Of a stretch of 64,000 bases of DNA, positions 17,257-27,210 are shown piece by piece. Both the position numbers and the translations under genes were made by a program. The notes under the pieces are model-generated. The model saw only the letters and a list, made by a program, of their open reading frames with translations, made no database searches and was not told the origin of the DNA. The stretch's first letter is position 1. Every line of letters starts with the position of its first letter. The DNA comes from Candidatus Poribacteria bacterium (lineage in GTDB: Bacteria > Poribacteria > WGA-4E > WGA-3G). Location: contig CBDANF010000003.1 in assembly GCA_965197475.1 (NCBI GenBank), positions 1,216,001 to 1,280,000 of the forward strand, in the 5' to 3' direction.

Positions 17257-18272
17257 ACGTGAGCTCGGTGTAAGAAATAAGTTTTACTAAATAGAGAACT
17301 CCTATGGTATAAAGAAATTATACCTATTCTATATCAAAGGAGCTCTCCATGTGCATTATACAACTTTTTTGTGATATTGACGACTTTTTTATTGAATACG
17401 AACAACAAATGGCATCCAAACCTTTACCGGATACCGAAACATCTAAAAAGCGTCCTCGTCCCTCAAAACTTCATAAAAGTGAGGTTATGACAGGACTTGT
17501 GGCTTTCCATCAAAATGGGCAAAGCACCTTCAGACAGTATTATCTTGAACACGTATGCAAAGAACTTCGGTGGGCTTTTCCGCATTTAGTCAGTTACTCC
17601 CGCTTCCTTGAACTCAAACGCGAGACACTTGAAGTTCTTCAGGCATATCTTGCTACTCGCTATGGTAGTAGCAGTGGGACAGCCTTCATTGACTCTACAC
17701 GACTGCCAGTTTGTGATAATCGCCGTATCACACAGCATTGCGTTTTTGCTGAAAAGGCTGCACGCGGTAAAACGTCAGTCGGATGGTTCTATGGTTTCAA
17801 ACTCCATCTCGTCATTAATGACAGAGGTGAACTCTTAGCCACGCAACTGACATCCGGCAACATTGATGACCGCCAACCCGTGTTAGAGTTGACGAAGCAT
17901 CTTGAGGGTAAACTCTGTGGGGATAAGGGATATATCTCCAAAGTGTTATCCGAGACGCTGGAAACACGGGATATTTGCTTGTTGACAAAAGTCCGAAAAA
18001 ATATGAAACCGCGGGCACTGTCAAAACTTGACGCAGCATTATTGAAACACCGCATGCTGATTGAGACAGTGATTGGACAGTTGAAATCCGAAACGCAAAT
18101 CCAACATACACGCCATCGGAGTTGGATCAACTATCAGGTGAATATCGTGGCTGCGTTAATTGCGTATACATATCGGGTAAAGAAGCCTTCTATAGATATG
18201 GTGGCACTTCGGGCAAAATACAAATGATACCGTTTCTTCACCATGTTTCAATTTCTTATACCGAGCTCACGT
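17257..18272 (+). mobile_element. IS982-family insertion sequence
   Basis: IRs ACGTGAGCTCGGT(G/A)TAAGAAAT matching at 21 of 22 bp; 1016 bp long. Confidence 0.92.
17349..18227 (+). CDS. IS982-family transposase
   Basis: Motifs FIDSTRL, GWFYGFKLHL, GDKGY and RMLIETVIGQLK. Confidence 0.95.
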   Translation: MCIIQLFCDIDDFFIEYEQQMASKPLPDTETSKKRPRPSKLHKSEVMTGLVAFHQNGQSTFRQYYLEHVCKELRWAFPHLVSYSRFLELKRETLEVLQAYLATRYGSSSGTAFIDSTRLPVCDNRRITQHCVFAEKAARGKTSVGWFYGFKLHLVINDRGELLATQLTSGNIDDRQPVLELTKHLEGKLCGDKGYISKVLSETLETRDICLLTKVRKNMKPRALSKLDAALLKHRMLIETVIGQLKSETQIQHTRHRSWINYQVNIVAALIAYTYRVKKPSIDMVALRAKYK

Positions 18273-18669
18273 TATAGATAAACGTAAAACTGAGTATGAC
18301 AAGCGAATCTCTCCCAGACTGAACAGCGTTTAGAAAATAACGAATTGCCAACGGGAATAGGATGACGTATAGACTCAGAAATACCTTCTCTACTATTAAC
18401 GGCGGAAAGATGAACATCAGCAATGTGAGAGAAATATGTGATAACCAATTCGGAAATGGAAACCAATTGATGTCGTAATAGTCGCGAAACTGAAATTTCG
18501 GATTGCCGTATTCCGTTATAATCTGTGAGTTATAGACATAGCTCACGCCATCTTGTGTTGGAAAGTAGTCGAACAACCATATCGGTAACAGATACACGAC
18601 TATTAACACACCAATTAATATTGAAGATTTTGTATAGAAACGGGAGAACGTCATCGTTTTACCTTTCAT
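18273..18669 (-). pseudogene. Membrane protein truncated at the IS982 end
   Basis: Hydrophobic ORF (YFPTQDG..PFPNW) runs into the IR; no continuation on the other side of the IS. Confidence 0.65.
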
Positions 18670-18891
18670 TTCAAACTTCAATTTTAATTCAGTAGAGTCC
18701 TATTCTAATACTATCATGTTCCATATTTTGTAGATAGCTTTTGTATATGAGTCATTTACCATGAATCTTGCGAAAATTGACCATCTATGCTAACATTGCA
18801 GAGAAATGATAAAAGTTGAACGACTCTGCTTTGCATTGCAAGTCTAAAATCTGGGCTTACTGATTTTTCAGTCAAACAAGGGGAATGGTTT

Positions 18892-20226
18892 ATGACATTA
18901 GATCAGGTCAAATCTCTAGTCGAAGATCGCAGTATTGAGTTCTTCCTCTGTTCTTTTGTAGAGATGAGTGGGGCACCGAAGGCGAAGGTTATTCCAGCAA
19001 CGCATCTTGAGGATATGGCAGAAGAGGGAGCAGGTTTCGGTGGCTTTGCCGCTGGTGAGATAGGACAAGGTCCGCATGATCCAGAGATGGCAAGCATCCC
19101 TGACTTTAATTCGCTGACGATCGTGCCGTGGCAGGAGAACTTAGCATGGGTTGCGGGGGATATGTTCGTTGAAGGACAATCCTGGCACTATTGTCCGCGA
19201 ACCATTCTGCGGCAGCAATTGGAAAAAGCAAGACAGAAGGGTTATGTCTTTAACGTCGGCATTGAGGCAGAATTCATGCTGTTGGAGCAGAATGTAGATG
19301 GTCAATATGTCCCATGGGATACGCTTGATACCTTAAATAAGCCGTGCTACGACTTAAAAGCGTTGTACCGTAACCTTGATATGATGACAACCCTGATTAA
19401 GTATATGCAGGAATTGAAATGGGAACCCTACGCGAACGACCATGAAGATGGAACCTGCCAGTTTGAGGTGAATTGGACATATTCCGATGCACTTACGACA
19501 GCAGATCGACACACCTTCTTCAAATGGATGGTCAAAACGCTTGCGGAAGAACGCGGTTTGATGGCAACATTTATGCCCAAGCCGTTCACAAATCTAACAG
19601 GCAACGGTGCACACTTCCACATGAGTCTTTGGGATGAGGATAATGAGACCAATCTGTTCCTTGATGAGAATGATAAAAATGGCGTATCTCAACTTGCATA
19701 TTGGTTTACCGGTGGTATTCTCAAACATGCAAAAGCGGTCACGGCCGTAACGAATCCGCTTGTGAATAGTTATAAACGTTTAGTTCGTAGAGCACCGCGT
19801 TCTGGCGCATCGTGGGCACCCGTTTATGTTACTTATGGCGCGAACAATCGAACACAGATGATTCGGATTCCCGCGCCGGGACGGATCGAAAACCGCTTAG
19901 GCGATGGGGCAGAAAATCCTTATCTGGCGGCAACGGTTCTACTTGCAGCCGGTCTGGATGGCATCAAAAATCAGATTGATCCTGGGGTGCAAAACGAGGA
20001 TAACCTTTATGAAGTATCCGAAGATGAACTGCATCGCAGAGGCATTGATTTTCTACCCACAACACTTAGCGAAGCCGCAGATGCTCTGGAAGCAGACGAA
20101 ATCATCAAGAACGCGCTTGGTGCTGAGTATGCCGACTATTACATTCAAGTCAAACGTAAGGAATGGCGTGACTACCATCTGAGCGTCAGCCAATGGGAAA
20201 CCGACAACTATTTGGCGGTCTATTAA
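18892..20226 (+). CDS. glnT: Type III glutamate-ammonia ligase / gamma-glutamylamide synthetase (GlnT/GmaS-like)
   Basis: Motifs EGAGFGGFA, DHEDGTCQFE, FMPKPF..GNGAHFH and NNRTQMIRIP. Confidence 0.85.
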   Translation: MTLDQVKSLVEDRSIEFFLCSFVEMSGAPKAKVIPATHLEDMAEEGAGFGGFAAGEIGQGPHDPEMASIPDFNSLTIVPWQENLAWVAGDMFVEGQSWHYCPRTILRQQLEKARQKGYVFNVGIEAEFMLLEQNVDGQYVPWDTLDTLNKPCYDLKALYRNLDMMTTLIKYMQELKWEPYANDHEDGTCQFEVNWTYSDALTTADRHTFFKWMVKTLAEERGLMATFMPKPFTNLTGNGAHFHMSLWDEDNETNLFLDENDKNGVSQLAYWFTGGILKHAKAVTAVTNPLVNSYKRLVRRAPRSGASWAPVYVTYGANNRTQMIRIPAPGRIENRLGDGAENPYLAATVLLAAGLDGIKNQIDPGVQNEDNLYEVSEDELHRRGIDFLPTTLSEAADALEADEIIKNALGAEYADYYIQVKRKEWRDYHLSVSQWETDNYLAVY

Positions 20227-20415
20227 TTGAGTGTGGAACATAATTGTTTGAAATAGTGCACCGCTCTTCTTGTGGGAGGGATTTACAATCCCGATTTATT
20301 CCGGTTCTGCTTTCAGAAACCGAAATTGAATCGCTTTGACAATTAAACTTCTGAATGGTAAACTGCTTTGGTATTATACACGCGAAATGTTTAAGTCAAA
20401 CTCACGTTAATGCTA

Positions 20416-21396
20416 CTATGCCTCGCGGCTAAACACCAATACGTCGTAACCCTGTCCCTTATACGAAAACTGATTTTTGAACCTGCCTTCGCAAGCAAAA
20501 CCCGCAGCTTCTAAAATTGCAGCCTTCTTTTCAGCAGTACTATCAATATAACACTGAACTTTCAAATCGGGAAACTTCAACGCTGAAAGTAGCACAGGCA
20601 CAGAATCGGTAAAGTTGGGATGAAAAAAGAGGTCAAGCAGCGCGATCGTCTTTCGCCACCGAACATCCCAGCTTACCGTTGCCCATCCGACGATTGCGCC
20701 GCTTTGGGTGACCAACAATTTCGCATCATCGTAGACATCATCGGTTTCCAAAGTGTGTTTGAAACTCAAAAAACCGCTTTCAAGATTTGTTGGTCCATAT
20801 ACGTTCCACGCGAGGCTGCGTAACGTGTCCCATCCGACAATACCGGACAACGCTGTCAACTTCGGCCAATCGTGCCATTCAACAGGTTTCGGATGCACGG
20901 GAGTAGGTGCAAAATAGTTTTCCAAAAAATCACTGTTCACATGATACTGCATAAAACCCGACTCTGGAATCACACTCTCAAATCCGAAACTATGGTAGAT
21001 ATGGTACGGATGACCGTTGTATCCTGTTCCGAGGTATAGTGCACGACCCTTGCGTTGTAGAAAATCCTCCATCTGATACGTCATTACTCCTTTACATGCT
21101 CCTTTTCTACGTTGTTCGGGTAATGTAAAGACATGCCCTAAAATCCCGATCCCTTGATGTTCAACCGTCATGGTGTTGGTAATAATATTATCCTTAATTT
21201 TCCCCACATAGAACCGAGTTTCCAATTCGTCAAGCGATTCAATAACACACCTTTCAATGTGCCATTTAAAGTTTCCTGGCTTATGTCCGAGGAACTTTTT
21301 TATTTGTTCCGCATGAGATTCATCAGGCACACTAATTGCTCCGACATCCATGCATTCGCCTGTTTTCAGCGTTATCTCCCCAAGTTTTTCGTACAT
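20416..21396 (-). CDS. GNAT-family N-acetyltransferase
   Basis: Acetyl-CoA motif VFTLPEQRRKGAC; YHSFGF. Confidence 0.8.
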   Translation of the reverse strand: MYEKLGEITLKTGECMDVGAISVPDESHAEQIKKFLGHKPGNFKWHIERCVIESLDELETRFYVGKIKDNIITNTMTVEHQGIGILGHVFTLPEQRRKGACKGVMTYQMEDFLQRKGRALYLGTGYNGHPYHIYHSFGFESVIPESGFMQYHVNSDFLENYFAPTPVHPKPVEWHDWPKLTALSGIVGWDTLRSLAWNVYGPTNLESGFLSFKHTLETDDVYDDAKLLVTQSGAIVGWATVSWDVRWRKTIALLDLFFHPNFTDSVPVLLSALKFPDLKVQCYIDSTAEKKAAILEAAGFACEGRFKNQFSYKGQGYDVLVFSREA

Positions 21397-21480
21397 CTCT
21401 ACCTCACCTTCCAAAAGGGTGTGTTATATTTGTCAAAAGTTGCGATTGAAAGCCTACACTTACTACAAAAAGGTGTTCCA

Positions 21481-21860
21481 ATGTCTATGCTAACACAAGT
21501 TTCCGATAAAATGCAAGAGATACTTCAAACCACGGATGTGTAAAATATTGTCATTTGAATCGCGGATTATACAGTTACACCAAATCAACGCTAAATGCGC
21601 TTGTGGCATTGGTGGATTTCGTAGATTGCGTTTTACTATGTGGTGAACGAATTGGCAGACTTGTTGGGTTTCGCAAGCTCTACCCAACCTACAGTCCGAA
21701 AAAATAGGGTTATTTTTATTGCTCGTACGCAGCCCCAGTGGGGCGGAATGTCTATAGAAACGCGGCAAACAACCCCTCTTAGCCCCAGCGGGGCGACAAG
21801 TGTGGCAGCACCTTACGACCTTTGACAAATATTTACATACCCACAAACCACAACAGATGG
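21481..21860 (+). pseudogene. N-terminal remnant of a probable IS4-like transposase split by a MITE
   Basis: MSMLTQVSDKMQEILQT|TTD is restored after removing the insertion. The family assignment is inferred. Confidence 0.4.
21534..21843. mobile_element. About 310-bp MITE containing REP-like units
   Basis: Imperfect IRs GGATGTGTAAAATATTGTCA / TGACAAATATTTACATACCC; direct repeat CAAACCAC at 21526-21533 and 21844-21851. Confidence 0.7.
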
Positions 21861-22099
21861 GTATCCTTGCACTGTGGGTTCGTCCAAGCAATATGATAAA
21901 GCAAAGCGGTTACCGAGACTTACGGTTGAATGGATGGCAATATTTTGAAGATAAACCGTTAGGTAGGTATGAGAAATATGGAGGATTATAAAACTACGGA
22001 TTGTCTCCGTAAATCTTGAGTGAAAGATTAATACTGTGTAGTGGTGCGACTTATGACACTTTCTGGAAATATCTAACGATTAACATGGGGTTATAGCAA

Positions 22100-22495
22100 A
22101 TGAAACCTATATGGCGTGAGATGAATCTAACATGGGAGGAGTTTTCGAATCTTTCATTAGACCCGAAATTTCACATACCAACCGAACAACTACGATCTTA
22201 TAGTGCTTTAGAGATTGCTGAATATATCATTGACAATTATGGTGGTGACGTACTTGAATACAGGAAGGATGCAGGGACTTTAGAACCTAAAAAGAATTAT
22301 CTTATAGATTCTTTTGATTTTGCAAAAATAGATGTTAAAGGTGGTATAAAAATCAGACCAATTTCTAATGAAAAATATTGGGTAACTGATGGGAATAATC
22401 GCGTTATGTTAGGAACGTTATTGGTTTTACAAAAGAAAATTAAATTCCCATCAGAAGTTCGAGTGATGTGTAATATGGCAGTAAGGCAAGCATAA
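22100..22495 (+). CDS. Hypothetical protein with a ParB/Srx-like motif
   Basis: IKIRP..KYWVTDGNNRV; AT-rich gene. Confidence 0.5.
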   Translation: MKPIWREMNLTWEEFSNLSLDPKFHIPTEQLRSYSALEIAEYIIDNYGGDVLEYRKDAGTLEPKKNYLIDSFDFAKIDVKGGIKIRPISNEKYWVTDGNNRVMLGTLLVLQKKIKFPSEVRVMCNMAVRQA

Positions 22496-22496
22496 A

Positions 22497-23558
22497 TTAT
22501 CTGCGGGTTTTGAGTTTCGCCCAAGATGTCAAGGTTTTATTTTTCGCCCCTTTTTCAACACTTAAATCAGGGTTTTTATCATGACCATAAACAATTGAAT
22601 CCTTATTTTCTTTTGTTGGATCGGGAGGAACATATTTAGGTTTTTGAAAATCGCGAATAAACTTAAATATGTAATTCCCGTGGATATCCATTATCTGATA
22701 CCATAGATTATCACCATCTGTGATTAAATGTCTTGGGACATCAATTTCAGCTATCATGAGGTTGCCAAGGAGTTGCGTACTTCCAATCACGAAAGTGCCT
22801 TTAGATCGGCACATTTGGCAATGATATAATCCACTTGCACTGCTCATTTTAAATCTAAATCTTATTGTCCATTTATCTATAGCAGTAATCCGAATGTCTG
22901 AAAGGTATTGGGGTATATCCGTTCTAATGTGAACGTCATTGAAATAGTGGTGACTGTCTAGCCAACGCGCCTCGTAGTCTAAGAGTATGTCGTCGCCTGG
23001 TCCCATTAATGCGTTGTGGATATCATTGTGATAAAGTCCAAAGGCGTGACCTAATTCATGACCTGCGTAAGATGTTGAAATCAAATTGCCAGCGACAACG
23101 CCAACGCCACCTGTTCGCCACCCGAATATCGGCCATCCGATTCCCCCTCTATTTACGTTTATGAAATCCATGCCTCCAATAATGATGATTTGAATAGTGT
23201 CCTTAACTTCGGCGTTGTTGGTATTGAATTGAGCAGGAAGTTCTTTAGCGATTACTATTTCTGTCCTTTGTAGATAGTGATTAGCGTTGTGTTCTCCCTC
23301 AATTTGATGCACAACAACCTTACCCTGGGCATCCCGTTCCATCCGAAAAGTCTTGCGACCGAAGCCGTGCCTGTCCATTTCGGTAGCGTAGAGTTCCTGC
23401 ACATCTTCCATTGTGTCTCGGATTTTATCAGGCATATCAGGTGCTTGGACATCTGCGGGCTGGAAGTAGATGACTCGGACGGTGAAGGGGTCAACGGCAT
23501 CTGCTGGGCTAATGAGTATTGAGAGCAGAAATAAAACGACAAGATATATTTTTTTCAT
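22497..23558 (-). CDS. Secreted metzincin-type zinc metalloprotease with KLATTW-like tail
   Basis: Signal peptide, HELGHAFGLYH, Met-turn ALM, tail KTLTSWAKLK. Confidence 0.8.
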   Translation of the reverse strand: MKKIYLVVLFLLSILISPADAVDPFTVRVIYFQPADVQAPDMPDKIRDTMEDVQELYATEMDRHGFGRKTFRMERDAQGKVVVHQIEGEHNANHYLQRTEIVIAKELPAQFNTNNAEVKDTIQIIIIGGMDFINVNRGGIGWPIFGWRTGGVGVVAGNLISTSYAGHELGHAFGLYHNDIHNALMGPGDDILLDYEARWLDSHHYFNDVHIRTDIPQYLSDIRITAIDKWTIRFRFKMSSASGLYHCQMCRSKGTFVIGSTQLLGNLMIAEIDVPRHLITDGDNLWYQIMDIHGNYIFKFIRDFQKPKYVPPDPTKENKDSIVYGHDKNPDLSVEKGAKNKTLTSWAKLKTRR

Positions 23559-23738
23559 GTTAGTCTTCCTTTTTTGTCAGTTACATAATTTCTACATGGA
23601 GACCATACGGTTGCGCAGCATCTGCATCAAAATCAAATCTTTCAATTACTGTTCCTGTTGATTTGTTGTTGCACCACTATATTTTAAAATGATAAATCGG
23701 TAAGTAAAATCGAAATTCCACCGAACTTCAAATGCAAT

Positions 23739-24494
23739 CTAATGCGACTTTTCAACTCGCGCCCAGGTAGTTGCAAGTTTATCTGAAGCATCTACAGCAG
23801 CACCACCAGGCTCCATGCTCTGCTCAATTTCGGCTTCCGATAAAGCTCGTTCCCAAACCATGACTTCGTCAATGAGACCGTTAAACTTTCGATTGTTTGG
23901 ACCCCATGATCCTACCATGGTGTTACCTTCTGCCCCCTTGTAGACAGATTTGTCTTTGTCTTCCGCCTTCGCCTCTCCGTTGATATAGACTCTCCGAGTT
24001 TTGGTATCCGCATCCAACCAAAAACAGATATGTGCCCATTCGTTTGCTTTAACCGCGGCAACCGCGTCAAGGTCATTGCCATAAAATCCCATACGAACGG
24101 TACCATTGTTCCAAATACGGAAGTGCAGACTTTTGTTCGTCTCATTGGCTTGGGTCTGTGAAAAGACATGCTGTTCGTCACCACCAGTCAACATCGGCTT
24201 TGCCCATAATGTCACTGTAAAACTCTTGTCGTTCAGTGGAATGTGTGGTGCCGTAACCTCTCCTCCTTCGCTGAACTTTAAAGCCTGTCCGACTTTGCCT
24301 TCAACAAAATCGGCAGTTCCAACGATTTCACCATCGTTTTTATGTGTGGAAAGATCTTTTACCGCATTTTCTTTGTCATCATCAAAGGAAAAGTAAAGCA
24401 TCAGTTCCTGATCCTTTAAACTAAACGCAATAACATGAAAAGGTATCACCAATAATCCGGTGATAATGAGAAGTGAAAATGTAATTCTATACAT
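23739..24494 (-). CDS. Secreted LamG/concanavalin-like domain protein
   Basis: Motifs LYFSFD, GKVGQALKF and FNGLIDEVMVWERALS; tail VDASDKLATTWARVEK. Confidence 0.88.
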   Translation of the reverse strand: MYRITFSLLIITGLLVIPFHVIAFSLKDQELMLYFSFDDDKENAVKDLSTHKNDGEIVGTADFVEGKVGQALKFSEGGEVTAPHIPLNDKSFTVTLWAKPMLTGGDEQHVFSQTQANETNKSLHFRIWNNGTVRMGFYGNDLDAVAAVKANEWAHICFWLDADTKTRRVYINGEAKAEDKDKSVYKGAEGNTMVGSWGPNNRKFNGLIDEVMVWERALSEAEIEQSMEPGGAAVDASDKLATTWARVEKSH

Positions 24495-24599
24495 ATTAAG
24501 TAACCTCCTAAAAATAAAATTGTTCACTATCAAATATAACACAGAATTGAAAAAATGTCAAGCATTTTGAAACCAAGGTCATTTAGTTTTCTGTGTATT

Positions 24600-24658
24600 G
24601 TAGGAGCGATCTCCGAATCGCGACATACGACCTGTCGGGAATCGGAGTTCCCTCCTAC
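24600..24658. repeat. Inverted pair of GTAG-type REP-like units
   Basis: TGTAGGAGCGATCTCCGAATCGCGAC..GGGAATCGGAGTTCCCTCCTAC; the same units recur at 31149-31215. Confidence 0.7.
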
Positions 24659-24670
24659 GCGAGATCAGAC

Positions 24671-25567
24671 TTATGCAAATTGTCGATTCCAATCATGATG
24701 GGATTGGGCAACGCTCTCCGGATTTTTCTGACTCCGAGCAATAAACCCCGGCACATTTGCACGACCAGTTGGCAGACCAATTTGGCTATAGCGCGTATCA
24801 ACACTCCATCTAACCGTCTTACCACGATTCGGAAGTCCACGGTGCACAACCCGCTCACTCGTCAGTAGAACGTCGCCAACATCAAGCTCGGCAGTGACAA
24901 TATCACCAGATGGTAACTCCGTTTCACTGATGCCTTTACCACCGGTATGACCGGGTGTCTGTTCTTGGTAGTTGTGCGCTATGAGATTGAAGCGATGTGA
25001 ACCTCGGATAACTTGCATGCATCCGTTCTCTTGATATGCTTTAACCAATGGAAGCCAAACGTTTACAACCAGCGTTTCGCCCGCTTCTTCCGGGATGAGA
25101 TACGCCAAATCTTGATGCCACGGAATAACCGTAATATCCTGATTTGGTAACTTGGCACGGAAATTAAACTGCGGATGGGCAAAAATTTCCTTACCAATCA
25201 GTGAACCGACAACATCAAGTAATTTTGGAGCCGTTCTGAGTGTGAACATGCCAGCGGTACGTATTTTCTGGTTGCTAAAATTATTCCGCCAAATCCAGTT
25301 CGGATCGGAACAGGCACTGGATACCATGCCTAAACGCGTTTCAAACGGCTCGTCATCATAAGTTTTTGACGGATCAAGGATACCCTGTTTAACTGCCGCC
25401 TGAGTGCCTTCCTCAACCTTATTTGATAGTTCATTCATCAACGGCTGTAAAGCTTGGTTCGGTAGTAGATTTCGGATATGCAGAAAGCCATCGTCATGAA
25501 ATTGCTGCTTCTGCTGTGCAGTAAGTTCAACTGACTGACCGTTTTCCGATTTATGTTCTGTAGACAT
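24671..25567 (-). CDS. Phytanoyl-CoA dioxygenase (PhyH) family protein
   Basis: Motifs FHDDGF, PWHQD, NGCMQVIRGSH and VVHRG. Confidence 0.9.
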   Translation of the reverse strand: MSTEHKSENGQSVELTAQQKQQFHDDGFLHIRNLLPNQALQPLMNELSNKVEEGTQAAVKQGILDPSKTYDDEPFETRLGMVSSACSDPNWIWRNNFSNQKIRTAGMFTLRTAPKLLDVVGSLIGKEIFAHPQFNFRAKLPNQDITVIPWHQDLAYLIPEEAGETLVVNVWLPLVKAYQENGCMQVIRGSHRFNLIAHNYQEQTPGHTGGKGISETELPSGDIVTAELDVGDVLLTSERVVHRGLPNRGKTVRWSVDTRYSQIGLPTGRANVPGFIARSQKNPESVAQSHHDWNRQFA

Positions 25568-25588
25568 TTCAAGTCTCCGTTTTGAGCA

Positions 25589-26332
25589 TTACGATATAGA
25601 TTTCAGTAAAGATGCCGACCCAGCATCCAGATATACCATGCAATCCGGATGCTTTTGCAAAATAGAGGCAGGGTGCATCGGTGTGATCTTACCATGTAAG
25701 CAATTGCGAACGGCTTCCGCCTTCCGTTCATCTGGCACCGTACATATAATCGTTTCCGATTTCATAATTTGACGGATGGACATTGAAATGGCATGGGTCG
25801 GCACATCATCTAATCCGTTAAACCATCCTTCGCCGACCTGTTGCAGACGGCATGCCGCATCTAATTCCACTACGATATAGGGATCTTCTGTCTCAAAATC
25901 AGCGGGCGGGTCATTGAATGCAAGGTGTCCATTTTCACCGATACCCACAAAAGCGACATCAATGCGGTGTTGCAAGATTATCTGATTGAGTCTGTCACAT
26001 TCAGCTTGCGGATCGTCTACTTCGCCATTCAGAAAATGCACCGTCCCCAGTTGAACGATATTCACTAACCGCTCCTGAAGATATTTGCGGAAACTGGCAG
26101 GATGCGTCTCTGGTATTCCGATGTATTCGTCCAGATGGAACATCGTTGTCTTTGTCCAGTCAATTGCGGTATCAGCGGTAAGTGCGATGAGAAAATCGAA
26201 TTGCGATGCGCCCGTTGCCACGATGAAGCTGGCGTGTCCGCTCGTATTAATTGCCTCGCGCAGTTTTGTGCTTGCTGCAGTAGCAGCTGCTATACTCGTT
26301 TCCTTTTTAGTAGTTGCTTTGAATGTATTCAT
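25589..26332 (-). CDS. nagB: Glucosamine-6-phosphate deaminase/isomerase family
   Basis: Motifs ATGASQ, FHLDEY and [13 protein letters not shown]. Confidence 0.82.
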   Translation of the reverse strand: MNTFKATTKKETSIAAATAASTKLREAINTSGHASFIVATGASQFDFLIALTADTAIDWTKTTMFHLDEYIGIPETHPASFRKYLQERLVNIVQLGTVHFLNGEVDDPQAECDRLNQIILQHRIDVAFVGIGENGHLAFNDPPADFETEDPYIVVELDAACRLQQVGEGWFNGLDDVPTHAISMSIRQIMKSETIICTVPDERKAEAVRNCLHGKITPMHPASILQKHPDCMVYLDAGSASLLKSIS

Positions 26333-26337
26333 TTTCT

Positions 26338-26994
26338 CTAAATCATGTCTTTCGCTTGCAAGATGCGGATAAAATCTTCTTTCCAACTCGGTGAGAGGGC
26401 AGGTAGTTTTCTCGCTTTTGCTATCTTTTTGTGGTTATTTGTATCAAAATAACGTAGATTGAGTATCTCTGTGACGCTCATCGGTTCGGATGCAATCTCA
26501 ATGCGTGAAATTGCATCGCCAGCAGCGATTTCACCTTCTGCCAGCACACGAAAGTAGAAACCGACTCGTCGACTCTGCAAAAACTGTTTAGGAAATTCCG
26601 GTAGTCCCATTTTGTATCCCAACTTGAAACAGGGAACGCGTGGTTGTGTAATTTGAAGTTGGACGGTTGAACCTATCTGAAAGACATCGCCAATGTGGAC
26701 ATCTTCTTCAAACATACCCTCAACGGTGAGATTTTCACCGAATTGTCCATACGACAAGTCATCTCTGTTCAATTCTTGCCGCCAATGCGAATAATGTTCG
26801 ATCGGATAGCCGTAAATCGCTTTATAGGTACCGCCATGTACCTTCAGATCGCCTTGACCATCGCCATCAATGTTCTTTTCTCTGAGCATGACGGTTCCCG
26901 ATACCGGTTCTTTAAAAATCCCTGTTTGAATAGTTTTTCCACCGTATCGGATAGGTTTCGGTTTTGAAACGTTTATGGATAAGAGTCTCATCAT
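26338..26994 (-). CDS. MOSC domain protein (YiiM-like)
   Basis: Motifs [15 protein letters not shown] and QPRVPCFKL. Confidence 0.9.
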   Translation of the reverse strand: MMRLLSINVSKPKPIRYGGKTIQTGIFKEPVSGTVMLREKNIDGDGQGDLKVHGGTYKAIYGYPIEHYSHWRQELNRDDLSYGQFGENLTVEGMFEEDVHIGDVFQIGSTVQLQITQPRVPCFKLGYKMGLPEFPKQFLQSRRVGFYFRVLAEGEIAAGDAISRIEIASEPMSVTEILNLRYFDTNNHKKIAKARKLPALSPSWKEDFIRILQAKDMI

Positions 26995-27210
26995 GTGGTT
27001 TAATATATATGTTTAGAGGATTTCTGTCAAGGAAGAATTATATATTGGTCGGTTAAAGGGAGCGAAACTTAACAAAGGCATTTATTTTCCAAACGCCGAG
27101 AAAAAATCAAATCAAAATTCGGATTTTTCAATTTTTTCAGATTATGCACCTTTTTGCCCTCAAAATTACGTCACTAATAATCGTAAACCGATCTCTTGTG
27201 GAGGACTCCG

